The position numbers and the translations under genes were made by a program. The notes below the pieces were generated by a model, which was not told the origin of the DNA, did not search any database, and saw only the letters and a program-made list of their open reading frames with translations. From Phoronis australis (taxonomy: Eukaryota > Animalia > Phoronida), in NCBI GenBank assembly GCA_002633005.1, contig NMRA01000340.1, positions 430,728-494,727 of the forward strand: a stretch of DNA of 64,000 nucleotides. The letters run 5' to 3'. Positions within the stretch are counted from its first letter, which is position 1; each line of letters opens with the position of its first letter. Below, piece by piece: positions 1-11,900 of the stretch.

Positions 1-1459
1 CTGTATCAACTTTAAATGTGCATTGTCAGCTTCTCAGTAATTAGTTTTTTTCAAATGGAGATTCTTTGCTGTTCATTTGTTGTAAGGTATTGAATTATGT
101 CGTTTTCGTTCCAGACATTGAAAGGGTCATTTTTGAATCTAAGTATTGGAATGGTTTGGTTTTGAACCAGGTATTGAAATGGGTTTATGTTTGTTATTGA
201 TATTTGTATTATTTTGCCATCCTCTGGCCTTTGTCCTCACGGAGGCACATCTGTACCCAAAAGGCCCCCGGGTTTCACTTATATGTAGGCCTTTGGCAGC
301 TTCTGCACACTAGTTAAACTCGATCGTAGTGACGTCAATGTGTTATTTCTTGACAGTGTTCACGCCTCGAGGCCAAGTAACAAGTGGGCACGTTTTTGTA
401 TTAAAATGGGAGTAGTCCTACTTTCCAGGGTCGTTCAATAGCCTCGTTGATCCATTACGATCAGTTTCCTATAAGCCGAGTGGAAATGATCAAAGCCGAA
501 AGCAACAAACTGGAGAGGTTGTTGTGAGCTCGATCGATTGTGTCAATTGAGAAGCACTCAAGCTACGAAGGATTTCAACGAAACCACAGACAAATCATTT
601 AACCACGAGTCGGTATAACAGCGTAAGCTCTATCAGTGTAACGTATGTGCTAATCTTGAAAGTATGGCGTAGACTTCTTTGTTGATCGCCGCCATTTTGC
701 TATACGCAAAGGTTGCTGGGAACATTTTTTCGTGATCGGAGGAGATTCCCAACAACACATCTGAAAGTAGTGGAAGGTTAATTCGATCTGCCTATACCTC
801 TTGTATACGCCATATAAGTAAAGAAGGGTCCACTGCATACGCCATAATTTTCATAGATATGCTTGAAGCAAAAAACGATTAGATATATTGTCTCCGTGCC
901 CGAAGTCTGGCGAGGTTCGCAATATCACCACTGCTGTAGGTGACGCGCGTGTGATTTGGGGGCTGCTTGTTGTTCGACCGGGGTCATTATTTGTCTGACC
1001 CGATAAAAGGTCAAACAGCGGGTAATCACGCGCGTTACATAGTGACTAACATGAAAACTTCGCCCTATTTCCGCACATCTATGTCTCTGACTTCCGGTGC
1101 ATCTATGAAAATATTTACTGGCGTAGGCAGCTCTCCCTTATTTACTTACATGTACATATTAGAGGCATGTTCCAACAGATCGAAGTAAGTTCCTATGCCA
1201 TTAGGTGCGGTGAGTGGGTGTGATATTCGACCAAAAGGACAGGTACGTTCAAATCCGCTTATGTGAGGTGTCACCTAGCTATCACTTGCAGAACAGAGAT
1301 GTCTGAATTATGATAGGGAGTCTCACCTAAAGCCGGCCAAAGAGCGGGTCAATTATGCTATTGTAGAGGACCCCACAAGAAGAAGGACGAACACTGGGAC
1401 CTCTTGTAATACTCCGAGGACCGTGACCAAAGGTAAACAAACAGTGGCGTATGGCGTAC

Positions 1460-1806
1460 CCTATATTAATGTTAGGAGTCCTTAAAACGGGGGGTTATTA
1501 ATATAGCGCGCTTCGCTCTGCGGAGGCCTTAAAGCAGGGCTTGCTATAGACAGCCCCGCTCTGTGGCCGCCTTCGAGCAGGGCTCTATATCAATATAGTT
1601 GGTCTCGCTCTACGGCTGCCTTCGGGAGGAGCCTTCCGTATTAACATAGAAGGCCTCGCTCATCGGCAACCTTGAGGCGGGGAACGCTATATTAATATAG
1701 ACTGCCTTGCTATTCGGCCACCTCCGGGCGGGCCCTCTACATTGTATATTAATGTAGGGGTCCCGCTTTTCGGCGAATATCTCTATATTAATATAGAAGT
1801 CCTCAC
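1460..1806. repeat. Degenerate ~50-bp tandem array with palindromic core CTATATTAATATAG
   Basis: About 7-8 units of TATTAATATAG...CGCT..CGGC..CCT..G.GG. Confidence 0.75.
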
Positions 1807-3586
1807 TATTGAGTCCCGAAAATCCGAGTCAACTTCTTGCCTATCATTTTGAATAAGCATAAGTCATTTTAGATAATAAGCTATTGTAGCTTGAAAAAAG
1901 CATGTCGAAGTGATCAGTTTCCATTTATTTAAATATTTTAAGTAAATGGATAAGTTTTAATCTTCTGCGATACAGAAAAAACGCACTGCGACACAATCCG
2001 AAATTCGTTTCCAAACTGAAATGGGCGTGAAGATTTTAGTGAAGTGGTCAGAGTTTATTGGATTACTCATCATCCAAACAATGACAGCTTAGTTTTCCAC
2101 TTTAATTGAAAGCAACACCCGTTTTAATTTCCGAAATGTAAGAAAGAGTGCGACTTCATCTTTTGTTTGAAAAACTGCTGTTGGAATAAAGGCCTTCTTT
2201 CGAAAACTAGACGCTTGGTGTAATTCAATACCACAATCAAAATATTAGAATATTCCATTAACGGTAAACATACCGTGAATAATACGCTTACAAGGAAGTC
2301 ACGCATTTCTAAAGATATGCGGGAATTTTCACCGCTCATCCTTCTGAGCGGATTGTACCAGGATCAAAGAGAGCGCGGCGCTGGAATCAGGTACATGTGA
2401 TGACCGCATTGCCCGACGCGAGCAAGACCCAATTAAATGTAATTATCCGACCAAAAACTGCATTAAACATCTCTGGTGAATTTTCAAAATGCATTAACCA
2501 CTAATTTTCGTTGTAAACGAGCACCACGGCGGTATTCAGCTGAAAAAAACAAGCACGGTTTTCGATTTTTAAAAATCGATGAACTAAGATAAACTACCGC
2601 GCGTATTGATATACTCGGTGGATATACAAACGCTGATCAGAGTTAACAATATCACATGGATTCATTTTTTAATATTCTTTCAATCTCGTTTTCATTTTGT
2701 AATATTCTTTCAATCTCATTTAACCAGAATTTTTACCAGGAAACAGTTGTTGTGCCCACTTTTCATTTTTTATTACTAACAAAGAGCTAGTCATAGTTAT
2801 ATACATGTAGTCAGTGTCTTCAGCTTGGTTATCACCATATTTGCACTTTTGTTTTTATTTTATGATTTGAGTTCTAATAAAGATTAAACTTTAATGACAC
2901 GTGAAATGTTTAATGTACCTGTAATGTGGTGAGTTTAGGGATGGGCTCACAATGAACTTAACTAATTAAGTTTAGCTGGCGATCAAAATCTACCACTGTT
3001 TTGGTACTTCAATTTTAAAACTTAGATAAAAAATTATCAACCCGTTTCCGGTAAGAAAAAAAAAACAAGTGGGCAGTAGCATTAAAAATTAAATAAAGAA
3101 AACCAATATGAAACTTATCGTTCCTTTGGGAAGTGGCCCTTTGTAAAGATAAACACAAGTTAACCTTTTTAGTCATTTCGTAATATTTATAATGTACCGA
3201 GTTAAAATTACTCTCCGACAGAGTTGCAGGCTATAACTTTGCAAATGTCAGAGAAAACAAAAATGGGGGTACTAAGAACAACCATTGTTGAGACAGTAAT
3301 GGTAGCAATTACCTTTCCACTTCATTAGCTCAGATCTCCATCAATACAAAGGGCGTGCTGAATCGGCATCGTAAAAGTTGTCTTGGGCTTAGGGAATCAG
3401 AGCGGTCACCAGTGTAAGCAAGAAATTCTCCACATGAAAAAATTTTGTTCAACACAAAAAAAATAGTAATTGGCGTGAACAATGGTATTTTTAACCATCA
3501 CTGCATCTTCATCGTCGCAAACGCAATAAACTTACAATTCTGTCTAAAATTTCAACTTATTGAATAAAAGATGCACGATTTCTGAG

Positions 3587-3668
3587 TCATCCGCCGTGTA
3601 GTGGTTAAGGTGCTGGACTCAAATATATGTAGTTTCAGAAGTCGTGGGTTCAAATCCTTCCTCGGTCA
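3587..3668 (+). pseudogene. Degenerate tRNA-like sequence (Leu-CAA-like) / tRNA-derived SINE head
   Basis: A-box-like GTGTAGTGGTTAAGG, arm CTGGACTCAAA, B-box GGGTTCAAATCC; acceptor and anticodon stems do not pair well, so not a functional tRNA. Confidence 0.6.
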
Positions 3669-6600
3669 ATATAAAATCAAAAAATCACACCATGACGAAT
3701 GTACAACGTTCTTCTAAGAAGGCGGGAACACCTGACGATGGCCAGAGAATTGACCGACCGTAACGTCGTGACGATGTAACTAGACATGAGATCAGTGTAA
3801 ATAGACCAAGATATTTTAATAATAGATGCAACACGTCGTCACCTCAGAGCGGTTTTAAAAAGTCAACTTGAGAACAGTCGGCCTAGGTCTTACCGTAACA
3901 GATCACGCCACACCTGCAAGATCTATCCACATAACAAATTCAATTTTCATCAAAGGACAACGGAAGTGTTATTCTCACATCCGCATTCATTGCTATTTAT
4001 GTGTCCACCCCGGACACCAGTCTCGTTGTACACAATCAAAAGCGTTGACAAACCGTGTCACAAACATCGAGAACGAAACATCCGATCGGAGGAGAAAACC
4101 GAAAACGTATTCTTTAAGTTCTTCAACTGGGCCCAGTTGCATAAAAGTTATACGCTGCACGGCAACAATGACGTCACATTAGCACGCGCCACGTTGTTGT
4201 TGTTGAACAATGCACCTGACGTAAAGCATTTCTTAGAGAATTCACGGAAAACACTTGTTGTTTGTTCAGTCCATTTAGAATGCTTTCCCAGATCACAGAT
4301 CAGTGCTATCTTGAATGAAATTCCGTGCGAAATGCGACAAATATACACAATGTCAATCAATGTTAATAAAACACGTCGGTGAGTAGTCCTAGCAGCAGGA
4401 TAGTGGTATAGCGACTTTTTGCACCCGTAACCTATCTGCTTTACTCAAGGAAGACTGTAGTTTTTAATTGCGTTAAGTTTGTGCCAGATTTCATTTGGGT
4501 AGTTTCCACCCGAACGGGTTCAAAGCAGTTTATACAATTTTGTCAGTACTAAGGTAAGATGTCATGACATTCTTACCAGTCTCGACAGTTTCAATTAGCT
4601 GACTAGCTAACCGGAGTCACCGACATTACTTTTTTCTTGTCTGGTTTTCGGTCCTTATTTTCCACTGAAACGCGTTTGGTTTACATAACTGACAAAATAA
4701 ACAACTCCTTTGTGCCGGAAAAGCACTGACATGGTTTTAATTGAAATAGGAGAGGTTTTCGACACGGTAGATCATAAGTGTCATTGTTGGTTTCGCACAG
4801 AACAACCAAACTCTAGAGAAAACGACGTGTTCATTTAATAATATTCTCAACGTATTAGCTTTCCTTAGTTTCAAGCTATTGGCATTTGGTTGACAATTGT
4901 TTCTTTGGAGACAGTGTTAAAATATTTCTCTGATTATTGGGAGAAAGTACAAGGACACGGGGTTCTTGGGATTTTTTGAACCCGGATGAAAAATCAAGAC
5001 TCGTTTCGATGTATAACATAATTTGAATTTTAGCCTATTCGTCAAACTCTGGTCCAACAAAGTTAAAAGGATACCAAACCCGACTTTTGACATATTAACA
5101 GATATTAAAAAAGACTTCCCCATCCACTTCTCTGAAACAAAATAATGCTCTGTAACCCTCGACAAACCTCAAAAAGTTGGAGAGAAGTTTGAAAAGTCCT
5201 TTCAAAGTCTGTTAATGGGACAAGCGTCGTACGGTTTAGCCGAGTTACACAACTGTCAGGGAAACCCCACATGCCAAGAACGCAATATCCAATCTTTGAC
5301 ACAGACAGTATGTGCTTTTTGTTGAATCCTGCTTTTATCACTCAAGTGAGACGACACTGGTGCATTAACGAATGAGAGAATGCAGAACGAGGATTGGTTC
5401 ATAAAACAGTGTTTAGTATCCCTTTAAGTAACAGTTATTGAAATAAAAATGATCACAAAATGGACACAGATAAACACACGACTGCGTTTAACTTTGCTAG
5501 GTAAAACTCACATGGTTTTGTTAATAGTTTAACTACAATCTCTTTAAATTGTAAAAAACCCGACGCCAGGCCACGATCGTCACGGCTATAATTCGTGACA
5601 AGAGGGAAAGCCAGTTAACAGGACATCAAAATACATTACAAAACTTAAAATTATATTACACAGGGTTTTATAACATGCATATTTACACAGATCAAGATCA
5701 CGAATACAACAAAAGACAATAAAAGATCTTGACACCATGCACCAGCATAAGCCAGCCTTCGTGAACCGAGGAAAGTTGTACAGTACAGTATCCAGAGGAT
5801 ATGTTTTGCAGGTGTATGACCCAGCAACAACTGTACACTCAGTATCAATGTCATGCCATCGGCATTAATCCAATCTAACGTAGCTACCACAAAACTTTCA
5901 TGCAACCACGCCTTCAAAATCCACAAATCTACATGTACCTTTAAACAGCGTTCACAGAACACACTTTTTCAAACGAGTCTGTGTGAGTTTCTTTGCAAAT
6001 ATAAGAACATCAACTTATAGCACAGATGACGTATGACCGGTTTGAAAACAGTGGTCAGAAAAATAGCACTGGGCTGCTAAATTTTAGCAGACTGTACTGC
6101 CAACTTCAATGCACTCTTACCATCTTACTCTCGAGTCGTGGATGCCGACCCCCTTTTATCGTGGTAAGATGTTACACGACACTGATTCATCTTGAAACAC
6201 ACAACTTACTCTTTGCAAATTATAAAAAAATCCGTCCACACGACAATAATAATACCGAAAACGCAACTTTTCCTTGCACTTTCGAAAGGTTTTCAGACCT
6301 CACGCATATGAAAGTTCGATCGGCGTAATCCTCTGTCCGCACGGATACCACGACTGCGGAATTTTCAATAAAAAAACTGGAGAGAACACTTTAAAAAATT
6401 TGCCACTGGGATTTTTGAAATCTGTGTGGATCCGATACCTGCGTGGCTAGAAGCCGTATCGCAAAGAAAGGTTTGCATTTTCAGATTTCAGAGTGGAGTG
6501 GACAAGGCCTAAAACAAATAATGAAAATGAGACGAACCACCTTCTGCATTAAAAAAAAAATTACAAATATTTCGGCACACCGCATACGTTCTGTATCCAC

Positions 6601-7844
6601 ACTTGCAATTACAAGTTCTTAGAAATAATCCCCGGGGCGAGATTTAAATATGAATACGGCACAGCCATGCACTTGAAAGTAAATTTCTTCTTCTCGTTCG
6701 TCAAATGGTCACATGACCATCATGATGACGTATGTGCGTTGCACTGCCGTTACGCACCACAGGGGCCCAGTGTATCCGACTTCAGCGTTGAATTATTACA
6801 GAGTACACGAACAAGTCATTCAGATTAATTTAACTCATCGTGACTATTGCCATGTATTAAATAGAGAAATCAAAACTGCAAACTTAAGTGAAGCTTTGGA
6901 ATATAGTACGTCAACGGAAGGCAATCACGGATAAACTACACCGGCGACGATCTAATATTCTATTGTGTAGAACAGAGTAATTGTCACAACGGCAATGGCG
7001 TCGCCAGTAACTCTAGATGTTTGAAAGATAATCGGCCTGCGTGATGCTTGGAGATGACGGCTTGCCCAGTCGGAGTCGGCAGGACGACCAATCAACGACC
7101 GGTCGCCGACCGCTTCCATCGATGAGTCAAATTACCTATGCTACGCCACTCGAGATAGATGGAGCGTAAAAGTAGTTGCTGAAAACTTGCCAATGCTATC
7201 ATCACGCCGATTTGCATAACACAGTTCAGGGCCGGCTTATTTCACATGCAGGTTGGAAACACCCTGTCACAGCGCCACCTACATGGAAAAGTGACCACGT
7301 GGATTGATAAATAGCATGCAGAAATCCCTGCGTGGGCATCATTGCAGGTCTTGGTTAATACGTTTGTCCAACATTTGGTTGGGATTGAGTCTGAGCCCTT
7401 CCCCCCCCCAAACACACTGAAACTGCACACATTTAAATCTTTTTTTCCGCCATATAATGTTAATTACCGGGGTTAATTAATAAACTCAACATTTCCCTAC
7501 GCTCTTGCTGTTTTATNCCCCCCCCCCCCTAAATCCGCCTATGTCGTAGCACTGGAACGAAAGTGTGGAAGGTGGATACAGTCGCATATTCCACAAGGTG
7601 GCACTGAACAGCCACAACTTATGACAAAAAGTCCATCAGAGCTTTTAACTCCATTGTTCCCTAACTATGGTGATCCAGATGACATTTCAGAAATTGAACA
7701 TGCCAAAAATTTGTACCGATGACTAATACTGTTTGTGCAAACAACAGATACAGGATTGACTTGTATTCATGTGATATAACCAGGCATGACTGCATCCGTT
7801 TTCTACACAACAATCACACGGTGTGAACTATATTTAGCATTATG

Positions 7845-8186
7845 CAATATGTTAATAAAAATAACAACCTATTTAAACCAACTTGACATGTTTCGGCATT
7901 TATTGAAACACCATCATCAGAAGAAAAAACAGTGGCCACCTGAGGCTGTACACATCAATTGGTGCAAGCCCAATCTCAACAGGCAACTGGCACACCACAG
8001 GTTGTCATTGTTAGTCTAGTTTATTGTTACTCCCTGTAACTGACTGTGTCTGTGTTTCATTGCTTGTTGTTGGACCTAGCAAGGTGGCCATTGTGTTTTT
8101 TCTTCTGATGAGGTTGTTTCAATAAACGCAAAAATATGTCAAGATGTCAAGCCTGTTTAAATCCATTGTTGTTTTTATTAACATAT
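7845..8186. repeat. Imperfect inverted repeat (about 100-bp arms at 7845-7945 and 8077-8186), each arm carrying a hammerhead-like motif
   Basis: TTAATAAAAATAACAA...CATCAGAAGAAAAAAC..TGGCCACCT is mirrored by AGGTGGCCA..GTTTTTTCTTCTGATG...TTGTTGTTTTTATTAA. Confidence 0.8.
7882..7923 (-). ncRNA. Minimal type I hammerhead ribozyme motif (Penelope-like element type)
   Basis: CUU-CUGAUGA-U-[GGUGUUU caau AAAUGCC]-GAAA-CAU-GUC^-AAG: intact core, 7-bp stem II, palindromic ACAUGU stem III, 3-bp stem I. Confidence 0.65.
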
Positions 8187-8433
8187 GCTGCTACTTGCTA
8201 TCAAGGAGAAATCATGCAACAAGAAAATTTTGATTAAACACATGGTGACTTCACTGAAATGTGAACTTCCCTCTCAGCATGACATGGGGGTGTTTCAATA
8301 ACGGACTTACCGTCTTATCTGGTCGCAAGTTAGTCTAATTTACACTTGAGGCAACTAGTCAGTCACACTGCATAACTTTCTACCATTAAAACAACTAAAA
8401 AGAGTTCAGGTTCAGAAAAAAAACATAATGACT

Positions 8434-8439
8434 TTTATT
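8434..8439 (-). promoter_or_regulatory. Putative MED17 polyadenylation signal AATAAA
   Basis: TTTATT on + strand about 260 nt past the stop, followed on the minus strand by a T-rich tract. Confidence 0.5.
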
Positions 8440-8694
8440 TACATATATAACAAAACATTAACTCACTTGAGGTTATGGCACAAATTAACGAAGCCCGTAC
8501 AGCTATGACATTTTAGTGAAATAGTCCTCGGATGTCTTTTGAATAACCTCTTCAAATCAGAGTTTCATTCCACAACCACCAAGATGAGTAGAATGGCCTT
8601 CCACAGCTGACACTGGACTTGATGAACATGTCCACCACTGTCACATAATATGCAATAAATAGTTCATAGGGCGGAAACCTGACATATAACCTGG

Positions 8695-8902
8695 TCAGCT
8701 TGTGAAACTAGTCATGATAAACTCCAGTTTGTTGGCATAAGTCTTTCCTTCCATCTGACTCAGATCCACTGGCTTAAAGTCTGCGCTAACATACTTCCAC
8801 TTGGGGTTGGTTACCAACTTTGACTTGTGACTGTTCCCTTGTTCACAGCACTGCACTGCCACCTGGATTCCATTAGTGGGACTACATTTGACCGACACAA
8901 CC
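8695..8902 (-). CDS. MED17: MED17 exon 13, terminal (VVSVKCSP...[19 protein letters not shown])
   Basis: 3' part of ORF 8695..8991; CATAG acceptor; resembles MEGRNFVYKMELLM. Confidence 0.92.
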
Positions 8903-11900
8903 CTATGGACAGATGGAGAACTGGACATATTAATACTTAGTTTGAGAATATCCTGTTTAATGAATGTCAGTTTTGCCATAAAAGATATCAATTTGAAAAT
9001 GTTTAGTACATTATCCTAGAGCATGACTGTTTTCCTCCATGGTAATACTTTAGAGCAGAGTCAGTCACGGGCCAATGGCTGTGACTATGTCTAAGCAATT
9101 CTGCGTAGTGACACGTGCAAAAATTTTCATGAGAGTACACAGCTCATGAACAAGTGCGCTTGTGAACTGACTAAATCAGACGTTTATTTCAGGGTTGCTA
9201 AAAGACCCAGTGTTGTTTCGAACTCTCTACAAGACAGTATAATTTAGTACTTTTTGTATATGCCTACTTGCTACGAGGTAGGAGTCATGGTGAATGTAGC
9301 AGATACTGTGTTTACGAATGCTGCCAAAAAACTGACTGGTATAAATGACGAGGCTATTAATTAGGAAGGAAAAATGGTCGTCTGCCCGACTGTCCTGGTA
9401 CATACTCAGGCAAGCAAGGGAAGCGAGTTGCATGTTGCACTTTTAATGACTGTCAGGAAGCTTGCCAACAAGAGCAACCCAAAGTGTTGAAATGCACCCC
9501 CGACTGCACCTCAAATGGTATGCTTCTAGGGATGTTTGCTAATATCATAAAGCTAGCCACTAGGTGAGAAGGCGTTGTAGTCTCCCGAATAGTATCCTTA
9601 GAGCTTGGAATAACCAATGACAAAAAAGAGGAAAATTTTCCAGGTGATGTATTGTACCACAAATAAATAGGGTTGTTTTTGTGATATTGTTTCTACTGTA
9701 AAACTTAATTGAAATAATTTTGTATGAATAAAGTCCAAATAATGATAAAAAGATGAAAAAAGAAACTGGAAATCAAATAAAAGGAAACTGAAACCAAAAA
9801 AGAGGAAATCCTCTTAAAATAGGAAAATTCCAAGCCCTGTACCTTATTTCCCCAGTATCATGAACATCCATCAAGGAACTCCAAAAATACAAAGGCAATC
9901 ATAAACAAAGTTAACTAAAATTGCCACTAGGGGGCACAGCATAACTTAGATCCAACTGAAAATTGTTGTCATTTGACATCAAATTCATAGAAAACATTTG
10001 CCAAATTTCACAAAGCTCTGCTAACACAAAAAAATGGTAGTACGTGGTCTTCCCAGGAGGAACACATGCCAATTTTCATAAAGATCCATAGTTGTAAGCA
10101 GAAAAACAGGCGGATCCCATAACAGACTCGCAAACAATACAAATCACCACTAGGTGATGTAGAACATGCTCGATTCATGCGAAAGTAGGAAGGGGTTGTT
10201 GCCTCCTTTATGAAAACCTACTTGCCAAATTTCATGAAAGTCTGTCACGCAAATCTGAAGGTACAGACTGAGGTAAACATAAAAAATGAAATTGTCACTT
10301 GGGAATACAGCCACAGTCGGACCTGTACGAAAGTTGATGTCACCCGTTATCACCTTTATAGGAACACATCAGCCACCTTCCATGATGATCCTCCCAGGGG
10401 TTTTGGAGATAAAGCCACGAATGCTGAATGCCGAGACAGAGATGATGACCATATGCACCCACAGTATAATATATAGGTGACTTGGTTATGCCAATGCATT
10501 GTCCCGTAACTCCTTACGCGATCACTATGCAGAATTAAAAAGTTCAATTTTAAAAAGTCTTGTTTAATTCATGATGATTTCACATGACATTGATAAGACT
10601 AGAGATAGCTACTCACCTCTCTCCTTTGTGAGACGCCATCAAGACCGTGGACACATTGCCCCTGGGGTCCATCTCACCACTGCCACACTGACTGTTACAG
10701 GCTAGGATGTGCCAACCAAGCAGCTTGCACATAATCTGACTGATGTTGGCCTGGTGTTGGGCAATCTGCAACCATACAGAGTTTGATTAATAGTACTACT
10801 TTCGTTAGTACTCAGACTTAGTCACCAGGTGGCGAGACCTGCTCAACCACAGGTCGGCTCACCTAGACCTGTCAAGCAACATGTCGTGGAAATCAATGAC
10901 ACTTTGTGAGTCTGCACAAAAATAGCTTAACAAAGATTATAAAGAGAAGCCCAAAACCCAATCAAAAGCCGAAATGGTTGCGTGGCATTACTTTTGATGC
11001 CCTGTAGTACAAGACAATGGTATTCTTGTTTATCACATTCAGTTACATGAGGACACAATGTGACCAGACCTGAATGAAATAATAGTATTATGCTTGTGAA
11101 GTAATGTACACAGACTGGCAATCTGGCCCAGACACTAACACTATACATTGATGGTAAGAGGCAGCTCCACGTAAACATGAACATGCACAGACTATGGCCA
11201 GTACGAAACCAGTGGTCATGTGACGAGAGGGATAGGCTATGAAGTTTACAACAGACACGACTTGTCAAATAACCAATCTTGTGTCAAGCTTCGAATAGTC
11301 TTACTTCAAAATTTCATGCAATGCGATTGATCAATTCTTCGAGTTGAGTCGAGTCTCGAATAAAGTTTGTGGTTATGCACCGTGAACACTCTTTCCAGAG
11401 ATGAAGATTAAACCACAGGTCACAAGAAAGACTGGAGGCTTGGTCAGGAGTGACAAGAAGTGCCTTGATTCTGAGATGAGCAAAGACACTCTCTAACACT
11501 AACATATACGCATGACATCATTTACCAGAAATGCAACCACCCACATTACTATCAGTCAATTGATAGATTAAGCGGGTTATTTTAGAAAAAATGGTGTTCA
11601 CAAGGGTTTTTAAACTCTTAAAAAAGCTTGCCTCGTCTTCAACTTTGTTACCTCTGTCTGACTGAGAATGATAGTTCAGAATTACTGCTGAACAGACATC
11701 TCTTTCCGTCCACATATCGTTTTTCTCAAACCATGCGTAACTTATCGATAATAAACGTTTTGGTTTTATAGGTTAACTAGCAATCAAATTACACTTAAAA
11801 ATAAGACGGTGGAGTATCTTTACAAATCTTAAATAATGGTAGAAGCGATATTCGTGCATAAAGTTAGGGCGAACCAGTTTGCTCACTAGTGTTAGTGCAT

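Noticed and set aside
1460-1806. Palindromic repeat with variable linkers as CRISPR-like
   Set aside because: The linkers are homologous to each other, so this is a degenerate tandem repeat.
3587-3668. Functional tRNA-Leu(CAA)
   Set aside because: Acceptor and anticodon stems do not pair; treated as a SINE head or pseudogene.
3868-4560. ORFs 3868..4182 and 3966..4382 and donor-like AAG|GTAAGA at ~4553
   Set aside because: No homology recognised and no downstream exons found; it could be a non-coding first exon but this is unsupported.
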